From a bacterium (lineage in GTDB: Bacteria; Cyanobacteriota; Vampirovibrionia; Gastranaerophilales; JBAXKC01), in NCBI GenBank assembly GCA_037137535.1, contig JBAXKC010000004.1, forward strand, positions 32,001 through 96,000: 64,000 nt of DNA, read 5' to 3'. Positions within the stretch are counted from its first letter, which is position 1; each line of letters opens with the position of its first letter. A model generated the notes under the pieces. It ran no database searches. It was given only the letters and a program-made list of their open reading frames with translations, and was not told where the DNA came from. Positions 62,850 through 64,000 of this stretch are shown one piece after another. The position numbers were made by a program, and so were the translations under genes.

Positions 62850-64000
62850 ATGATTAATACAATACCTATAAAAGTGCAAAAACAAGATATACAAATATCT
62901 TCAAATAAAAAGAACTTAACCCCTGTAAGTCATCCCCTAATGTTAACAAAAGCTCACCTTCAACCCGTTTCTTCTGAAAGTTTCAAAGCACACTTTATTC
63001 CTTTTTTAGGAAAAAAACAGGAGCAACCTTTTGATATAACAGAAATACTTCAAAATACCGATAAAATTTATCAAGGCAAAGGGTTAATCAATGAAACAGG
63101 CTGTATCGACTGGAATAAAACAGGCTGGGAAAACTTACGCAAAGAACCTTTAGACTGGGAAAAAGCAAAAAAACAAGATATTATAGCTTTTTATCATGCT
63201 ATGGCTCTTGCCGAAGCTAAAGACAACACTAAGGCAATACGCTTTAATCCTGACAATGTTCCTGAACCTCTTGCGACTTATCACACCATAAAAAGCCAAG
63301 AAGCTCAGGATATGCATGCAAAACTGCTCTCAAGGCTTGATAAATTATCATCGTCAAATGATGCTGAATTTCTTAATATGCCTTTACTTGATAATAAAAC
63401 AGGAAATATAAATGTAGATGTAACCGTCTTTGATACAGAAACCACAGGAATTAAGCTAAATCCGTCAGCTCTTGATTATGAAGCTATTGATGAAGCTCCA
63501 AATCAGCAACCCCCCCCCATAACTCTTACAGGTAATGATAATGACAGAATAATTCAAATAGGGGCAGTCAAAATTAAAAAAGGCAACAAAATTGATGAAA
63601 AAGACATTTTAAATCAGCTTGTAAACCCTGAAAAAGCTATTCCATCAGGAGCAACAGCCGTTCACCACATTACGGATGAAATGGTTTCTTCTCCAAATGT
63701 TCCCAACATGAATAAAATCCTCAAACAATTTAATAACGAATATCTGGGAAATAATTTAATCGTTGCATATAATGCTAAATTTGACATTTCTATGCTCAAT
63801 AATTCTATTTTTGAATATAATGAAAAAAATTCAGAAAAAATAAAACCTAGAGAACTTTGTCTTGTTATTGATCCGTTTGTACTTATACAAAGAATTCATC
63901 CGTTTCTTGGTGCGAGCAAAAAACTAACCGATCAACATAAATTTTTATTCGGCAAAGATTTTGAAGGTGCACATGACGCACTTGCTGATGCGACTGCTAC
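62850..64000 (+). CDS. DEDDh 3'-5' exonuclease (DnaQ-like) with ~185-aa N-terminal extension (runs off the window)
   Basis: Manual translation from ATG 62850 gives VFDTETTG, IIQIGAV, VAYNAKFD and AHDALAD. Confidence 0.9.
   Translation, partial: MINTIPIKVQKQDIQISSNKKNLTPVSHPLMLTKAHLQPVSSESFKAHFIPFLGKKQEQPFDITEILQNTDKIYQGKGLINETGCIDWNKTGWENLRKEPLDWEKAKKQDIIAFYHAMALAEAKDNTKAIRFNPDNVPEPLATYHTIKSQEAQDMHAKLLSRLDKLSSSNDAEFLNMPLLDNKTGNINVDVTVFDTETTGIKLNPSALDYEAIDEAPNQQPPPITLTGNDNDRIIQIGAVKIKKGNKIDEKDILNQLVNPEKAIPSGATAVHHITDEMVSSPNVPNMNKILKQFNNEYLGNNLIVAYNAKFDISMLNNSIFEYNEKNSEKIKPRELCLVIDPFVLIQRIHPFLGASKKLTDQHKFLFGKDFEGAHDALADATA

Overview
AT-rich bacterial chromosomal window. It is probably from a non-photosynthetic Cyanobacteriota lineage (Vampirovibrionia/Melainabacteria-like). 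This is an inference from a cyanobacterial-type SLOG protein, an atpD-atpC pair on its own, AgrE/ArgZ-like genes, a DnaE with the 'YCFN' junction and no photosynthesis genes in the window. Most genes are housekeeping: mutS (partial), rsmH-ftsL-ftsI-murE, atpDC-gatD, SPFH/NfeD, eda-kdgK, punA, pcrA, metXW, dnaE, tRNA-Cys, wza-wzc-wzy, MCP plus PstS-like protein, GltD-like oxidoreductase, ftsH, murA, pyk, amidohydrolase and M16 peptidase. The most striking non-coding element is a 3 x 161-bp array at 18.40-18.87 kb. Each unit looks like a complete transcription cassette: a palindromic box, a sigma-28-type promoter, a ~75-nt RNA with an anti-Shine-Dalgarno CCUCCUCCCC motif and a terminator. Each unit also overlaps an antisense SD-led hydrophobic micro-ORF. 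Other notable items are an orphan ADP-ribosyltransferase toxin-like gene and several enzymes with long lineage-specific leaders. There is also a 296-bp MITE with a 7-bp target duplication, a gene flanked by a 69-bp direct repeat, an RBS-sequestering hairpin, a probable non-AUG start for rsmH, and a split, reordered AgrE/ArgZ.
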